From Octopus sinensis (taxonomy: Eukaryota): 64,000 bases of DNA. This document shows positions 1-11,269 of this stretch, piece by piece. The position numbers and the translations under genes are program-made. Position 1 is the stretch's first letter. The number at the start of each line of letters is the position of its first letter. The notes below the pieces were generated by a model. That model searched no databases, was not told the origin of the DNA, and was given only the letters and a program-made list of their open reading frames with translations. The stretch is taken from assembly GCF_006345805.1 (NCBI RefSeq), contig NC_043004.1, positions 30,814,001 to 30,878,000 on the forward strand. The letters run 5' to 3'.

Positions 1-232
1 GTTTTTGCCTTTATTGAACTCATAAAGCAAAATATGCCAAATATGCTCCTTTGTCACTTCCATTATAGCTTTGAAAAAATAACTATTAAAATCTTCAAAA
101 TTTGCACTAAGAATAAGAACATGGCAAAATTACTACCTGCTTTTATAGCAACTTGATGCAGGTAGTTTATCCCATCCCCCTCTGACTTTTAGATCATGCA
201 ATTGAAAAATCTGCATTATTTATGGGATGACC

Positions 233-825
<593 letters not shown>

Positions 826-1543
826 ACAGAAGCGATATCCTAAAACCAACTTGGTAAATGATAACCTCTGCCCCACCTTCATTTTCCCTGCCTCATCAAG
901 CTTCTGCCACATCTCATTTCCTACACTCATCACTTCTTTACTCTGATATTATTCAGCTACCAAAGTCACCTGAGAGCAAATAAGCACATATTATGCACCC
1001 ACACACAGTCTTAATTACCTGCTTTTTTCATCCCCCTTCCCAGAACCACTTCCATTCCTCATTATCATTCTCCAGTCATGGATTCTCCTCTCTGCTGTAC
1101 TCCATCCAGCCTTACACCTCTTTCATTCCCTTTTTTCCAATCCCCACACATATCTAATATAACCCCTCCCCCACTTCTCCTGAGCCACTCCTTTATTTCT
1201 GATCTTCAATTGCTACTACCACCTCTATTCCATCCAACCATGCCCCTCCCATTCTTATGCAGTTTTCCCCTCTGTCCCCTCACCCAGCCCAATCCACTGT
1301 ATCACTTCACCTATATTCTCACTAACTGTACCTTAAGGGTGTGTATTGACACATATCCACCACCACCTCTCCCACTTTCTCTGTCTAACACTTTCTCAAT
1401 TTCCTTTCCTCTCCAACTGAGATATCCTTGTATCACTTCTATCCCACTCTTACACCTTTAACCTCTCATCAACTGGCACAAAACTAACTCCCTCAATACT
1501 ACTCCCCTGCAGTCAAGAGGAGTTTGTTTTGTCTATCATGTTA

Positions 1544-1748
1544 CTTAGTGACCCCACTAGTGCTGGTGCAGGTGCCATGAGAAAAGTACTCGGTACTCTC
1601 TGTAAATTGGTTGGCATTAGGAAGGCATCCAGCCGTAGAAAACATATTAAAACAATAAAACTTAGCATAGCCCTCTGGCTTTCCAGCTTTTGTCAAACCA
1701 TCTAACCCCTGCTAGCATGGAGGACAGACATTAAATGATTATGATGAT
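1544..1748 (+). mobile_element. 3' tail fragment of RTE-clade LINE (or SINE sharing that tail)
   Basis: TGGTTGGCATTAGGAAGGCATCCAGCCGTAGAAA...AACCATCTAACCC...AGCATGGA...CATTAAATGA(TGA)n matches the 3' end of the LINE at 57384-58864. Further copies at about 7605-7655(-), 17490-17730, 23890-24108, 26465-26930(-), 30775-31165(-), 49640-49825, 54950-55217, 55950-56270 and 61090-61392. Confidence 0.75.
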
Positions 1749-1780
1749 CTTTATAAATATATATGTATGTATATACCGAA

Positions 1781-1839
<59 letters not shown>

Positions 1840-1846
1840 AATAAAA

Positions 1847-2424
1847 TAGAACATATGCATATATATAAACATATATGTACGTACCTACCTCTACATGTAC
1901 ATATACACGCATATATGTGTACAGGACACCAAAAAGACGTCGAACACATAGAGAGACGAAACACATAGACACAAACCAAGGAACAAGACAAGCAAAAAAA
2001 AGAGAGAGATACAGGACAATAAGCACAACGAAAAAACCCCTTCTTCAGTCGCTAAGATTTCATCTACTAAACGTTTCGAAGGATAAAAGCGAGACGTATA
2101 CTTCGAAGAAAAATTCCTTCCCGCGAAAAGCAAATCAATTAAAATTCTGAGATCTTTTCGCAGAGGGGTAAAAAAAAGCAAGACGGTAACGACAGACAAA
2201 ACCACTATTTTGCAAAACAAACAAGGAAAGACTTAATCAATACATAAAATTTTAATAAATTTTACTTTTTATTAAAATTTTATGTATTGATTAAGTCTTT
2301 CCTTGTTTGTTTTGCAAAATAGTGGTTTTGTCTCTAATTAATATTATATAATATTTTACTATAAAATTGGATTTAATCCTAAATCTGATTTTTTCCCTGT
2401 AAATTTGGATTTATTCCCTAATAT

Positions 2425-2430
<6 letters not shown>
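1847..2430 (-). mobile_element. Non-autonomous repeat with a 66-bp perfect palindrome, probably a Penelope pseudo-LTR derivative
   Basis: Arms 2194-2259 and 2268-2333 are perfect reverse complements with an 8-nt loop. The element sits between (TA)n tracts, and 1860-2085 is similar in reverse to 15670-15900. Confidence 0.55.
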
Positions 2431-2455
<25 letters not shown>

Positions 2456-2465
2456 TATATATACG

Positions 2466-2525
<60 letters not shown>

Positions 2526-2552
2526 CATACATACATATATATATATATATAC

Positions 2553-2673
<121 letters not shown>

Positions 2674-2840
2674 CTGTATGTATGTATATATGTATGTGCT
2701 TATGTATGCATGTATGTACAATAATACCTCACTCTACAAGTTTTATTTTATAAATATAAAAAGGTTAAACACCCATTTTGTATGTGTAGCATGACTCAGT
2801 CTAATGACTGAAACAAGTAAAAGATAAAAGATGAAAGATA

Positions 2841-2882
2841 AACTGTTACTCAGAGTTTCATGTGAGCATTCATCAGACAGTT
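2841..2882 (-). ncRNA. Type I hammerhead ribozyme motif (minimal, Penelope type)
   Basis: Exact reverse complement of 6951-6992. Confidence 0.85.
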
Positions 2883-3520
2883 GTGAAAATACTGACCAAT
2901 TAAATTATGTGAGTATATATAATGTAATATAAGATAGTCTTTACAGTTCAATGAATAAGCATTTCAATCTGATTGGGTAAGCAATTTCAAAAATTATAAC
3001 TGTGTAAAATTGGCTACCAGTGGTAGGGTTGACCTTAGTGGAGAAATAAATATCAACAATAATTGTTAAAAAAATTGTGTAAAAGCAAGTAAATAAAAAC
3101 AAACAGAATTCTCAGAAATGAGAATTGCATATAAATAGGAGAAATGAAATAGAAGTCAAAAAGAGGAGTTTAACATTAAAGATTAAAAGCTGTAGATGAG
3201 AATAAGTAAACAAGTAAAAAAATATATATATAATAATAACTATATTCATCAAAAGAATGGGCTTAAAGATCACAGTCAACATGAATCTTAGAAGTTATCA
3301 AAGATCAAACAGTTTTAAGCCTTTTTTGTAAGCCTAATGAAAAGCTTTTCTGTATTAATAAAGGGTCTAATCACCCACCCTGTATTCTTAGAAATTTGGC
3401 TTGTAACATAGAAAAGTACATTTTCACATAGTCATTGGACAAGGCAGCCTTTGACGATAGCTCTACATATGATAATGATACACTGCAAAATAGTGGATTC
3501 TCAGCGAAGATCCTCCATAT

Positions 3521-4921
3521 TAGAGGTTACCAAACTTTTTTCACAGAGGGCCAGATAAATGAGAGAATGACGAGCAATGGGCGCATAACCATTTTGTTCA
3601 ATATGATACAGGGACTACACAATGAAGTAAAGGCAACCAACATATTTATTTACCAAAAAAGGTAACGTTAGCATTAAGATAGTTATATCACACCCAGTAC
3701 GCACATATCCAAATCTCACAAACTAAGCAGCCAAAAAGGTTAGAGAGATTTGCAAAACTGGTGTTTAGCCTTGGAGATATCTTCAATGTTTGCTTTGGAA
3801 TTGCTGCATCCAGCCAAGAGAATTGCTTTCAAATGTTCATCAGTCAATTTCGTTCAATGCGCTGACTTCACATATGAGGTCTGACCAATAAGTATCCAGA
3901 CTATTGTTATAGTAAGAAATCTAAGACACACAGAGTGAAGCCACTTGGCATAGTTTGACTTTGTGCTATGCTGCATGCGCACTAAGTTTTAACATTCTAA
4001 CTCACTTTTGCTGTTTAGAGCTTGGAAAGTAAGTGGGTAGCATGTAATCATCACATTGACTATGACAGAGAAAGGTGTCATGGCAATACCTGCCCAGTGG
4101 CCTATGCAAAGTTGCAGAAAGTGTATGGAGAGGAGTGTACAAATGTATGAGTGGTTCAGGTGTTTCTAAGATGGCTTAAAAAATGTCAACATTGATGAAC
4201 ATTCTGGAAGACCCACAACCAACAGAAATGAGAAAAACACTGCAGATGTGCATTGAGCTCTGAGGGGAAATTGTCAAATTACTATCCGTGAGTTATCAGA
4301 GGATGTGCAGAATAGTTATGATTCAGTTCAGTCCATTATCACTGAAGATTTGGGTAAGAGACACGTGTCTGCCAAGTTTGTACCAGAAACTGCTTTCAGC
4401 TGACCAAAATGACACTCATGTTTCAGTTGCAGAAGATTTCCTTGATTGTGTTGAGAATGATGAAAACTTTTTGAAAACTTTGCAAAGGCCTCTGAGCAGG
4501 CATTGCCAAGGTTTTGACAAAATTTGATGCAGATTCTCAGTTCAACTTACCCTGTCACGGTCAATGCAATGAACACACGCTACACACCTTCCTTCCAAGC
4601 ACTGTTGTAGACAACAGAAGTGATCTAGAACACTAAAACTTAGTACACATGCACAACAGAGTTTAAGGTCAATCTGTGTCAAGCAGCTTTACTCTGCAGG
4701 CTTTAGCTTCATTACTATGGCAACGGTCCGGAAACTTATTGATCAGGCCACATACTTCATTTTTGAAAATGTTTGCTCACTGACATAATTTGCTCCAAAC
4801 ACTGATGCCATACCAGAGGCAAATGCAGGAACTTACACAAAAGGAATAGAGCTGCAGCGAGCCAGATGAACTGACCTCATGGGCCAGATCCAGCCCGCGG
4901 GCTGTAGTTTGACGACCCCTG
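3521..4921 (-). mobile_element. Internally deleted hAT (Charlie/SPIN-like) DNA transposon inserted in the Penelope element
   Basis: Imperfect TIRs TAGAGGTTACCAAACT / AGTTTGACGACCCCTG and 8-bp TSD CTCCATAT (3513-3520) / CTCTATAT (4922-4929). With the mariner insert removed, the minus strand reads SVFGANYVSEQTFSKMKY|VKSAH*TKLTDEHLKAIL, a hAT C-terminal dimerisation motif. Confidence 0.85.
3875..4752 (+). mobile_element. Deleted mariner element nested in the hAT element
   Basis: TA target duplication (3873-3874, 4753-4754); TIR TGAGGTCTGACCAATAAG / CTTATTGATCAGGCCACA; long sub-terminal inverted similarity; transposase remnant DEHSGRPTT...TIRELSEDV...HVSAKFVP. Confidence 0.85.
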
Positions 4922-6357
4922 CTCTATATTGATAATGGAAGTAGGACTCATAGAACTAGAACCACAAAGGTTTTGTGGTACAATCTAACATTTAGTATTA
5001 GTGTTAGAACTAATGTAGCTAGAGAATTTTTAAATCTAGTTTCTAAACACTTTGCAGTTGGCTACAGATTTTATAGAATTTCAACTAAAGAATGCTAAAG
5101 ATGGACTATTCTTGTTGCAAGAACTGCTTTTTTTGAAAACCAACCCAACACAAGCATTCTTAATAATGTTAACAGTACCCAAAGGTAATTTTCAAAGACC
5201 CAGGAAACTGCCCCTTAAATGGTAATTGCCTAATTAAAGGCAATATAGGGCTAAAGTTCAGCTTCATAAACTACTACATATAAAACATGCACTTGTTCCA
5301 TGGAGAACAGCTTTAAAATTAGATTATTCACACAGAAATTCTTTTAAGTGTCCAGAAAACAGGCCAGCAAAGAGCAAATGGCACTTAAAAGAAGCAGGCC
5401 CTATTCCATTTAAAATTTATTGGTACATATTGGAGAAGGCTAGCCTTAACAGGCACAGATTATACCATGATTCAATGGGATGTCTGTTATGTTTGATTGT
5501 AAAGTACTTTATACTATTCCAGGATAGATATGCATTGAACTACAAGACAAAGCTCTCAAGATTTTGCAGGCATACCTCTAGGTTCTTTATGTGCTACCCA
5601 AACGATTCTATGAAGATAGTCCATTTGGACTACCATATAAACCCATGTTTTGTCAACACTTTATAGTGTATTTCCCTGCGTCTTTAGACAATTGGCTTCT
5701 ACAGTACACTATCTCCCTTTTTTTTTATTTTTAAACAATCCTTTTCAACATTCTATACAATATATTATTTGTAGTTTTTCCTATCACTTTTTATATATAC
5801 ATAAAAAGCTTATGTCCTGAAAATAATTTTTCATACCATTAGATATTTCTGAAGAACTTGCAAGTATTATTCCTTTTATTTTTTTTTTTACTTTATATAT
5901 ATCTTGTTTTTACACTATAGCTTGGGCTTTCAGTTCTTTTTTTATAAAATTACATTTGTGTTCGTACATTGTTTTCCTATGTTATTCTATCTTTTTACCT
6001 ATTGTTGCTCATACTCTTTCTGTTTCTTGCTTCTTTGTCTCTATAATCTCGCCATCAACCTTCAACCTCTGCCTACTATTCCAGAGCTGTATTTGATACT
6101 TCAATTTACAACATCTCATTTTTGTATGTTTATATCATTAAGTCACCTCTTCTCTTCCAATAGATTCTCTATTCACTCTCCCCAATTTTATTTCTCTTCT
6201 CTATCTTATTCTTCCCATATTCTCTCTTTTGATTTCTCTTTTCCATTCTTTCTTTCTTTTTCTTTCTTCCTTTTTCTTCTTTCTCTTCTCCGACTTTTCT
6301 GTCTTTTGTTTTTACTTCACTTCTCTCTCTCTCTCAATTATTATGATTATTATTATT

Positions 6358-6530
6358 AAGACAGTGAACTGGCAGAATTGTTAGCATGCCAGACAAAAAT
6401 GCTTAGTGGCATTTCATCTGCCTTGATGTTCTGAGTTTAAATTCTGCTGAAGTCAACTCTGCTTTTCGTCCTTTCAGAGTTGATGAAACAAGCACCAGTT
6501 TTGCACTGGTGTTGATATAATTGACTATAT
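6358..6530 (+). mobile_element. tRNA-derived SINE family B, diverged copy
   Basis: Similar to 10641-10872. Confidence 0.75.
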
Positions 6531-6534
6531 ATAT

Positions 6535-6700
6535 ATATGACAGGCTTCTTTCAGTTCCTGTCTACGAAATCCACTCACAGGGCTTTGGTTGGCCAGAGGT
6601 TTTAGTAGAAGACACTTGCCCAGGGTGCCACACAGTGGGACTGAACCCAGAACCATGTGATTAGGAAGCAAGCTTCTTACCACACAGCCACATCGGCACC
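6535..6700 (-). mobile_element. tRNA-derived SINE family A, 5' half
   Basis: Reverse complement of the head of 37811-38230. Confidence 0.8.
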
Positions 6701-6950
6701 TATTATTAGTCTATTATGTTCTGTTCTTTTATTTACTTGCTTTTACACAAAGTTTTTTTTTATATAATTATTGTTGATATTTATTTCTCCACTAAGGTCA
6801 ACCCTACCACTAGCAGCCAATTTTACACTGCTTTATTTTTTTTAAAAATTATTTACTCACTCAGACTGAAATACTTATTCACTGAGCTGTAAAGACTATC
6901 TTATATTACATTATATATACTCACATAATTTAATTGGTCAGTATTTTCAC

Positions 6951-6992
6951 AACTGTCTGATGAATGCTCACATGAAACTCTGAGTAACAGTT
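6951..6992 (+). ncRNA. Type I hammerhead ribozyme motif (minimal, Penelope type)
   Basis: Stem I AACTGT(6951-6956)/ACAGTT(6987-6992); CTGATGA (6957-6963); stem II ATG-CTCA-CAT; GAAA (6974-6977); near-palindromic stem III ACTCTGAGT; GTA cleavage triplet ending at 6986. All conserved core positions are present. Confidence 0.85.
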
Positions 6993-6999
6993 TATCTTT

Positions 7000-7368
7000 C
7001 ATCTTTTATCTTTTACTTGTTTCAGTCATTAGACTGAGTCATGCTGAGGTATTGTCTTGAAGCTGAGCTAGTGCATTTTTTAAGCCTGGTACTTATTTTA
7101 TCAATTGCTTTTGCTAAACTACCAAGTAACGAGGACAGAAACACACCAACACCAGTTATCAAGCAATGGCGGGAGACAAACACAGACACAAAGACACACA
7201 CATATCTATTTATGATGGCCCCCTTTCCATTTCCATCTTCTAAATCTGCTAACAAGGCTTTGGTTAGCCTGAGGCTATAGTAGAAGACACCCAAGATGCC
7301 ACACAGTAGAACTGAACCCAGAACCATGCGGTTGGGAAGCAAGATTCTTACTGCACAGCCATGCCTGT
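7000..7368 (-). mobile_element. tRNA-derived SINE family A, near full length
   Basis: Reverse complement of 37811-38230, including the 3' tail ...GACTGAAACAAGTAAAAGA. Confidence 0.8.
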
Positions 7369-7421
7369 GAGGATTTTTTCAGCTTTAATAAAATAGCGTG
7401 TGTGTGTGTGTGTATGTGTGT

Positions 7422-7494
<73 letters not shown>

Positions 7495-7711
7495 TAAAAT
7501 GATGTATTACTTCATTTTTAAAATTTTTAATATAAAAATAGTCAAGTTTTCAAGTTTAAGTAAAATTTTCATTTATAATTATTTTGTTCAAGACATAGAG
7601 ATGGTCATCATCATCATCGTTTAACATCCTTCTTCCATGCTGGCATGGGTTGGATAGCAACTTGCATGTACATTACAACTTGCATGCTATGCCCAGACTT
7701 CAATTGAATAT

Positions 7712-7918
7712 TGATTCCAAAATTTGGCACAACTTCAGGGGATGGGTTAAGTCAATTATATCAACCCCAGTACTCAACTGGTATGTATTTCATCAACACA
7801 AAAACGATGAAAGACAAAGTCGGCGTTGACAGAATTCGAACTCAGAATGTAAAGATGGATGAAATGCCACTAAACATTTTTCCTGGCATGCTAACAATTC
7901 TGCCAGCTCACAGCCTTA
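7712..7918 (-). mobile_element. tRNA-derived SINE family B
   Basis: Reverse complement similar to 10641-10872. Confidence 0.75.
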
Positions 7919-9055
7919 AAGGTTTGGAATAAATATTGACAAAGGTAAGTTGCTGAGATCACTATTTCTGTAAAGTATCTAATGTGTATTTGCTTTATGT
8001 TACTGTTATTCTCCCACTTTCTCTTTCATAATGTGTTGCAGCCAATACTATGAACTATAGTTTTAGATGTATTATTATTGTGTTATATGTACCTATTCCA
8101 TTATCTATCTCATTACCTGATTAAGTTGTTGAAATGTTATGGTACTTATAAAGTTTTAAATGTTGAAGGATTTAAGTTTAAACAAAATCTCATTAACAAT
8201 AATTTGTATGTAAAATAGAAAGAGACCTTTACATACATATATATATATATGTATATATATATATGAACGTATGTATGTATTATGTATGTGTATATATATA
8301 TACATACATATATAGATGTATGTATGCCTCTGTGTGTGTGTGTATTATAGACAAATGATAGAATATGGAATTCATGACACTCTTTAATTGAAACCACTAC
8401 AACTGTTTCTACATGTACTTTTGTACATAGGTGAGATGTTGTGCAATCATTATCTTACATTTAAAGTGTAGAATGAGCCTCCTCAAGCGATTGTTTATGT
8501 TCTTCATTAAATCCTCTTCTCATTCCATTCAGTTTTATAATGCATGCCCAAAGAGATGCATCATTCTCAGTAGTTTACAGACAAAGCTAAAACCATTGAT
8601 ACAGTGACAGACAAAATGCAATTACAATCTAAATACAAGGATAAAATGATAGAAAAAAGTAAAGAAAAGGGTCAGGTTGACTATAAATTTCCATTCTATC
8701 TTAAAGGTCAGGTTATAAGGAAGAAAGTATTAAACAGACTAAAGAATAATATGAAGAATAAGATAAAATGTTTAGAGATAATTAAGTAAGAAATTGGTAA
8801 AGACTGACCATTTCAGTACGTATCAACTGTTCCCTTGCCTCTTTTAAAGATTCAAAATATCCTCCTTTACCTGTGACAAAATAACTGACTCATCCTAAAG
8901 TAGAATGAGTCCCTATTTAAAGTTAATTTATTACTGTCTAGTTTTTATATATTCTTCTTTGTGATGATAAAAAATAAATTAGTAGGTATCCCTCCACCTC
9001 ACATACATTACTCCATACAACAAACTACAAAGTAGTGTATATTGTTTCATATATA

Positions 9056-9425
9056 TCTCTCTATATATAAACGGCAGTTTGTCTCTGTGTGTTTCTGTGT
9101 GTCTGTTAGGTTGTACCCTCACCCTGACCACAGCTTTCAACCGATTCTGATGAAACGTGACACACACATAGCCCAATGTCATAATTCAAAACTAACGCAG
9201 TGAAAATTTTGAAAAGTTCCCCCAGTTCTGAAAAAAATCGATAAATTCGACATGGGGTCGAGAATCAGAAACACAAACCACATACTGTCTAGGGGACGCA
9301 GCTCGACCTTTTTAACTAAAAAAAAATTTACCATCATTTTTTTTCCATTTTTTGGCTATAACTCTCTAAAAATGCTTTATAGTTATTTCCATTACAAACC
9401 CGAGCAACGCCAGGCGATACTGCTA

Positions 9426-9426
<1 letters not shown>
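9056..9426 (+). mobile_element. Non-autonomous Helitron
   Basis: Starts with TC after an A (TCTCTCTATATATAAA), ends CTAG before a T, and has an imperfect GC-rich hairpin CCCGAGCAACGCCAGG about 10 nt before the end. No TSD. Confidence 0.75.
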
Positions 9427-9461
<35 letters not shown>

Positions 9462-9465
<4 letters not shown>

Positions 9466-10255
9466 GGTGTGCAAGAGAGATAACTGCACTGGTATGGTCA
9501 CATGTTGTGTATGGATGAGGACAGCTGTGTGAAAAAGTATCACACCCTAGTGGTAGAGGAAACCTGTGGAAGAGGGAGACCCAGGAAGACCTGGGATGAG
9601 GTGGTGAAGCACGACCTTCGAATGTTGGGCCTCACAGAGGTGATGACGAGTGACCAAGTCCTTTGGAGATATGTTATACTTGAGAAGACCCAGCAAGCCA
9701 AGTGAGACTGTAACCATGGCCTAAGCCAGTGCAGCATAACCGGCCTATTTAAGAGTACCCTTTAATCATTAGGTAATAAACTGCGCTTGCAAAAACCTGT
9801 TGAATCAAGTGAAGTTATTGTCGTGGCCAATGTTCATACTGCCTGACTGTCACCTTTGCCGGTGGCATGTTAAAAGCACCATTCAAGTATGGTCATTGCC
9901 AGTTCCACCTGACTGGCTCCTGTGTTGGTGGCACGTAAAAAGCAACATTCAAGCATGGTCATTGCCTGTGCCACCTGACTGGCTCCTGTGCTGGTGGCAC
10001 ATAAAAAGCACCATTCAAGCATAGCCGTTGCCAGTGCCACCTGACTGGCTCCCATGCTGGTGGCACGTAAAAAGCACCCACTACACTCTCGGAGTGGTTG
10101 GCATTAGGAAGAGCATCAAGCTGTAGAAACTTTGCTAGATCAGATTGGAGCCTGGTACAGCATTCTGGCTTGCCAGTCTTCAGTCAACCTGTCCAACCCA
10201 TTCCAGCATATTAAGTGGACGTTAAACGACGACGACGACGATGATGATGATGATT
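9462..10255 (+). mobile_element. 5'-truncated RTE-clade LINE (ORF C-terminus and 3' UTR)
   Basis: WYGH...MDEDSCVKK...CGRGRPRKTWDEVVKHDLRMLGL...LWRYVILEKTQQAK*, then a 3' UTR with 66-bp tandem units and a (GAC)n(GAT)n tail. Confidence 0.85.
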
Positions 10256-10449
10256 TGAAAGTCTATGAGAATTTCTTAATACAGTTTTTGAAGTGTAAAG
10301 ATGATTTAAAAAAATTTTTTTTTAAATGTTATGAGATCTTTTATGAGGATGTTACTAACCTTTTTTTAGGAAGAAATTTTTTTCTAGTGTGTGAGTGCTT
10401 TCGTTAAATCTTTTCAAACACATGTGCTCTTAAAGAGCACATGTATATG

Positions 10450-10480
<31 letters not shown>

Positions 10481-10640
10481 TATATATAATATATATATAT
10501 ATTGAGAGAGAGAGAGATACATACATACACATCTGCCAATACATACACACATACATGCTTCTTAGTAATTATTTCTAAAGACAGAAATAAAAGAAAGCAA
10601 AATAAAAATAAAAACTTACATGAATATATTTATTTGTATA

Positions 10641-10872
10641 AAGGTGGCGAGCTGGCAGACACGTTAGCACACCGGGCGAAATGCGTAGCCGTATTTCGTC
10701 TGCCGTTACGTTCTGAGTTCAAATTCCGCCGAGGTCGACTTTGCCTTTCATCCTTTCGGGGTCGATAAATTAAGTACCAGTTTCGCACTGGGGTCGATGT
10801 AATCGACTTAATCCCTTTGTCTGTCCTTGTTTGTCCCCTCTATGTTTAGCCCCTTGTGGGTAGTAAAGAAAT
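10641..10872 (+). mobile_element. tRNA-derived SINE family B, young CpG-rich copy
   Basis: Pol III-like boxes (TGGCAGA..CGTTAGC; GAGTTCAAATTCC) and a central GCCTTTCATCCTTTCGGGGTCGATAAATTAAGTACC block resembling the MetaSINE-type conserved domain (from memory). Other copies at about 11790-11945, 31170-31305, 34120-34320(-), 34453-34595(-), 35090-35315(-), 46300-46390(-), 48357-48570 and 62360-62575(-). Confidence 0.85.
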
Positions 10873-11269
10873 ATATATTTATTTGTATAAGCACATATGT
10901 ACACTTCTTACATACATTCTCATGATTCATAAGATACAGAGATAGATAATACAATATGATACAGTTAGATAAAATAAAACAAAACAATAATAATACACAC
11001 ATATATATATAATTTTAAAAAGTGCATCCCCATACATCTATTTATCTATCAGCATATATATACACTTATGGCAAATATTCATAGCCTAATCCTAACTAGC
11101 CTAATCAGAATACATATATAAGGTAATGCATATAGTTTTATATACAATTTGATATATACTTATATATGTGTATATATTCTTCTAACATACATTTAACTAC
11201 TTCTAAAAAACCTGGGAACAAATTCATGCAAAAGAGAGAGAGGGAGATCGAAGCTAGTTGATTAGAGTT

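Larger units (their letters stand above)
2841..6992 (+). mobile_element. Decayed Penelope-like retroelement (RT C-terminus plus GIY-YIG endonuclease) with inverted terminal pseudo-LTRs
   Basis: Frameshifted translations: KPNEKLFCINKGSNHPPCILRNL...DKAAFDDSSTY (about 3330-3520); KVLWYNLTFSISVRTNVAREFLNLVSKHF (about 4965-5055); CPLNGNCL (about 5210); GCLLCLIVKYFIL...LSRFCRH (5430-5590). These match the Penelope RT thumb, linker and GIY-YIG layout. 2841-3105 is an inverted copy of 6720-6992. Confidence 0.85.

Noticed and set aside
1078-1461. 127-aa Pro/Leu/Ser-rich ORF
   Set aside because: Pyrimidine-rich low-complexity sequence with no motif or splice evidence.
3824-3845. Minus-strand CTGATGAacatttGAAAgc resembling a hammerhead core
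   Set aside because: It is the TDEHLK coding segment of the hAT transposase; stems I and III do not form.
9146-9160. CTGATGAAAC in the Helitron; similar strings at about 36305 and 53067
   Set aside because: No stem II between the boxes and no cleavage triplet with stem I; they are parts of DNA-transposon sequence.
9861-10080. HDV-like ribozyme in the RTE repeat units
   Set aside because: P3/L3, the GG of P1.1 and the catalytic junction could not be placed, and known RTE HDV-like ribozymes lie in the 5' UTR.
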